DNA of 64,000 bases from Squalus acanthias. Lineage: Eukaryota. The translations under genes and the position numbers were made by a program. Shown in pieces: positions 62,237-64,000 of the stretch. The stretch spans positions 96,784,001-96,848,000 of the forward strand of contig CM059432.1 in NCBI GenBank assembly GCA_030390025.1, written 5' to 3'. Positions within the stretch are counted from its first letter, which is position 1. The number at the start of each line of letters is the position of its first letter. Under the pieces are notes generated by a model. It saw only the letters and a program-made list of their open reading frames with translations. It had not been told where the DNA came from and did no database searches.

Positions 62237-64000
62237 AGCCTGCCAACCCGAAAATGACCCATTTATTCCTACTCTCTGTTTTCCGTCCATTAACCAATCC
62301 TCAATCCATGCTAGTATATTACCCCCAATCCCACGAGCCCTCATTTTGTTTAATAACCTCTTGTGTTGCACCTTATCGAATGCCTTCTGAAAATCCAAGT
62401 ACACCACATCCACTGGTTCCCCTTTATCTATTCTGTTAGTTACAACCTCAAAAACCTCTAACAGATTTGTCAAACATGATTTCCCTTTCATAAATCCGAG
62501 TTGACTCAGCCCAATCCTATTATTATTTTCTAAGTGCCCTGTTACCACGTGCTTAATAATAGATTCTAGCATTTTCCCTACTACTGATGCCAGGCGAACT
62601 GGTCTGTAGTTCCCTGTTTTCTCCCTCCTTTTTTAATAGTGGGGTTTCATTTGCTACCTTCCAATCTGCGGGAACCGTTCCAGACTCTCTGGAATTTTGG
62701 AAATTGACAACCAATGCATCCACTATCTCTGTAGCCACCTCTTTCAAAACCCTAGGATTTAGGCCATCAGGTCATGGGGATTTATCGGCTTTCAGTTCCA
62801 TTAATTTCTCCAGTACTATTTTTTTACTAATACTAATTTCTTTCAGTTCCTCATTCTCGCTAGACCCTTGGTTCTCCACTATTTCTGGGAAGTTGTTTGC
62901 GTCTTCTTCCGTGAAGACAGACACAAAGTATTTGTTTAATTTCTCTGCCATTTCCTTATTCCTCATTATAACTTCTCCTGTCTCAGCCTGTAAGGGACCC
63001 ACATTTACTTTCGCTAATCTTTTCCTTTTTACATACCTATAGAAGCTTTTACAGTCTGTTTTTATGTCTCTCGCTAGTTTACTCTCATATTCTATTTTCC
63101 CTTTCTTTATCAATTTCTTGGTCCTCCTTTGCTGAATTCTGAAATCCTCCCAATCCTCAGACGTACTACTCTTTTTGGCAAAATTATAAGCCTCTTCCTT
63201 TGATCTAATAATATCTTTAACTTGTTAGCCACGGTTGGACCACTTTTTCTGTGGGGTTTTTGTGCCTTCATGAATGTATATTTGTTGTAAATTATGTATT
63301 AATTCTTTAAATGCTAGCCATTGCTTGTCTAAAATCATATCTTTTAATGTAGTTTCCCAATCTACCATAGCCAACTCATACCGATGTAGTTTGCTTCGTT
63401 TAGATTTAAGACCCTAGTTTCGGATTTAACTAAATCAATTTCAAACTCAATATAAAATTCTATCATATTATGGTCACTCTTCCTTACTACAAGGTTATTA
63501 ATTAACCCTTTCTCATTGCACAATACTAGATCTAAAATAGCCTGTTCCCTAGTTGGTTCCTCAACATACTGATCTAGAAAACTACATTGCATACATTCCA
63601 TGAATTCGTGCTCCACACTATTACTGCAAATTTGTTTTGCCCAGTCTATATGTAGATTAAATTCCCCCATGATCACTGTATTACCCTTGTAACATGCACC
63701 TCTAACTTCCTGATTTATACTCTGCCCTACATTACAACTATTATTTGGGGGCCTATAAACAACTGCCCCAATGTTTTCTGCCCCTTGCTCCACCCAAACT
63801 GATTCTACTTCTTGATTTTCAGAGCTAAGATCCTTTCTCTTTACTGTCTTTATCCCATCCTTTATTATCAGGGCTACCGCTCCTCCTTTTCCATTTTGCC
63901 TATCACTTCTAAAAGTTAAGTATCCTGGAATATTTAGTTCCCAACCTTGGCCACTTTGCAACCACGTCTCCGTAATGGCTATTAGATCAAACCTATTAAT
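62232..64000 (-). mobile_element. CR1 ORF2 (APE to RT), continues beyond the window
   Basis: YRPPN, SDHN, KADKSP, DFQKAFDKV. It stops at WQAVT, where L2 begins. Confidence 0.92.

Overview
This is eukaryotic, repeat-dominated DNA, very likely from a cartilaginous fish (shark-type CR1 LINEs, a Deu-domain tRNA SINE, Penelope pLTR fragments and two-gene PIF/Harbinger transposons). I cannot support any host protein-coding exon, so the window looks like a large intron or intergenic region. Main contents: (1) about six decayed or internally deleted PIF/Harbinger elements (DDE transposase plus a convergent, spliced Myb/SANT gene) and many GG-terminal MITEs with 3-bp TSDs; (2) a GC/CpG-rich Gypsy element with CsRn1-clade hallmarks (tRNA-Trp PBS, CHCC Gag knuckle), fused tail-to-tail by a deletion to a 5'-complete CR1; (3) many CR1 fragments, a second CR1/L2-group LINE family, L2, Penelope and SINE pieces. 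The most notable observations are a T_TTA_AAC slippery site linking CR1 ORF1 to ORF2 in the -1 frame, tandem monomer arrays at two CR1 5' ends, a MITE family whose palindromes are kept by compensatory changes, a Penelope-derived hairpin carried as cargo by a Harbinger family, and a hammerhead ribozyme core. Coordinates of decayed elements were read by eye and are approximate.
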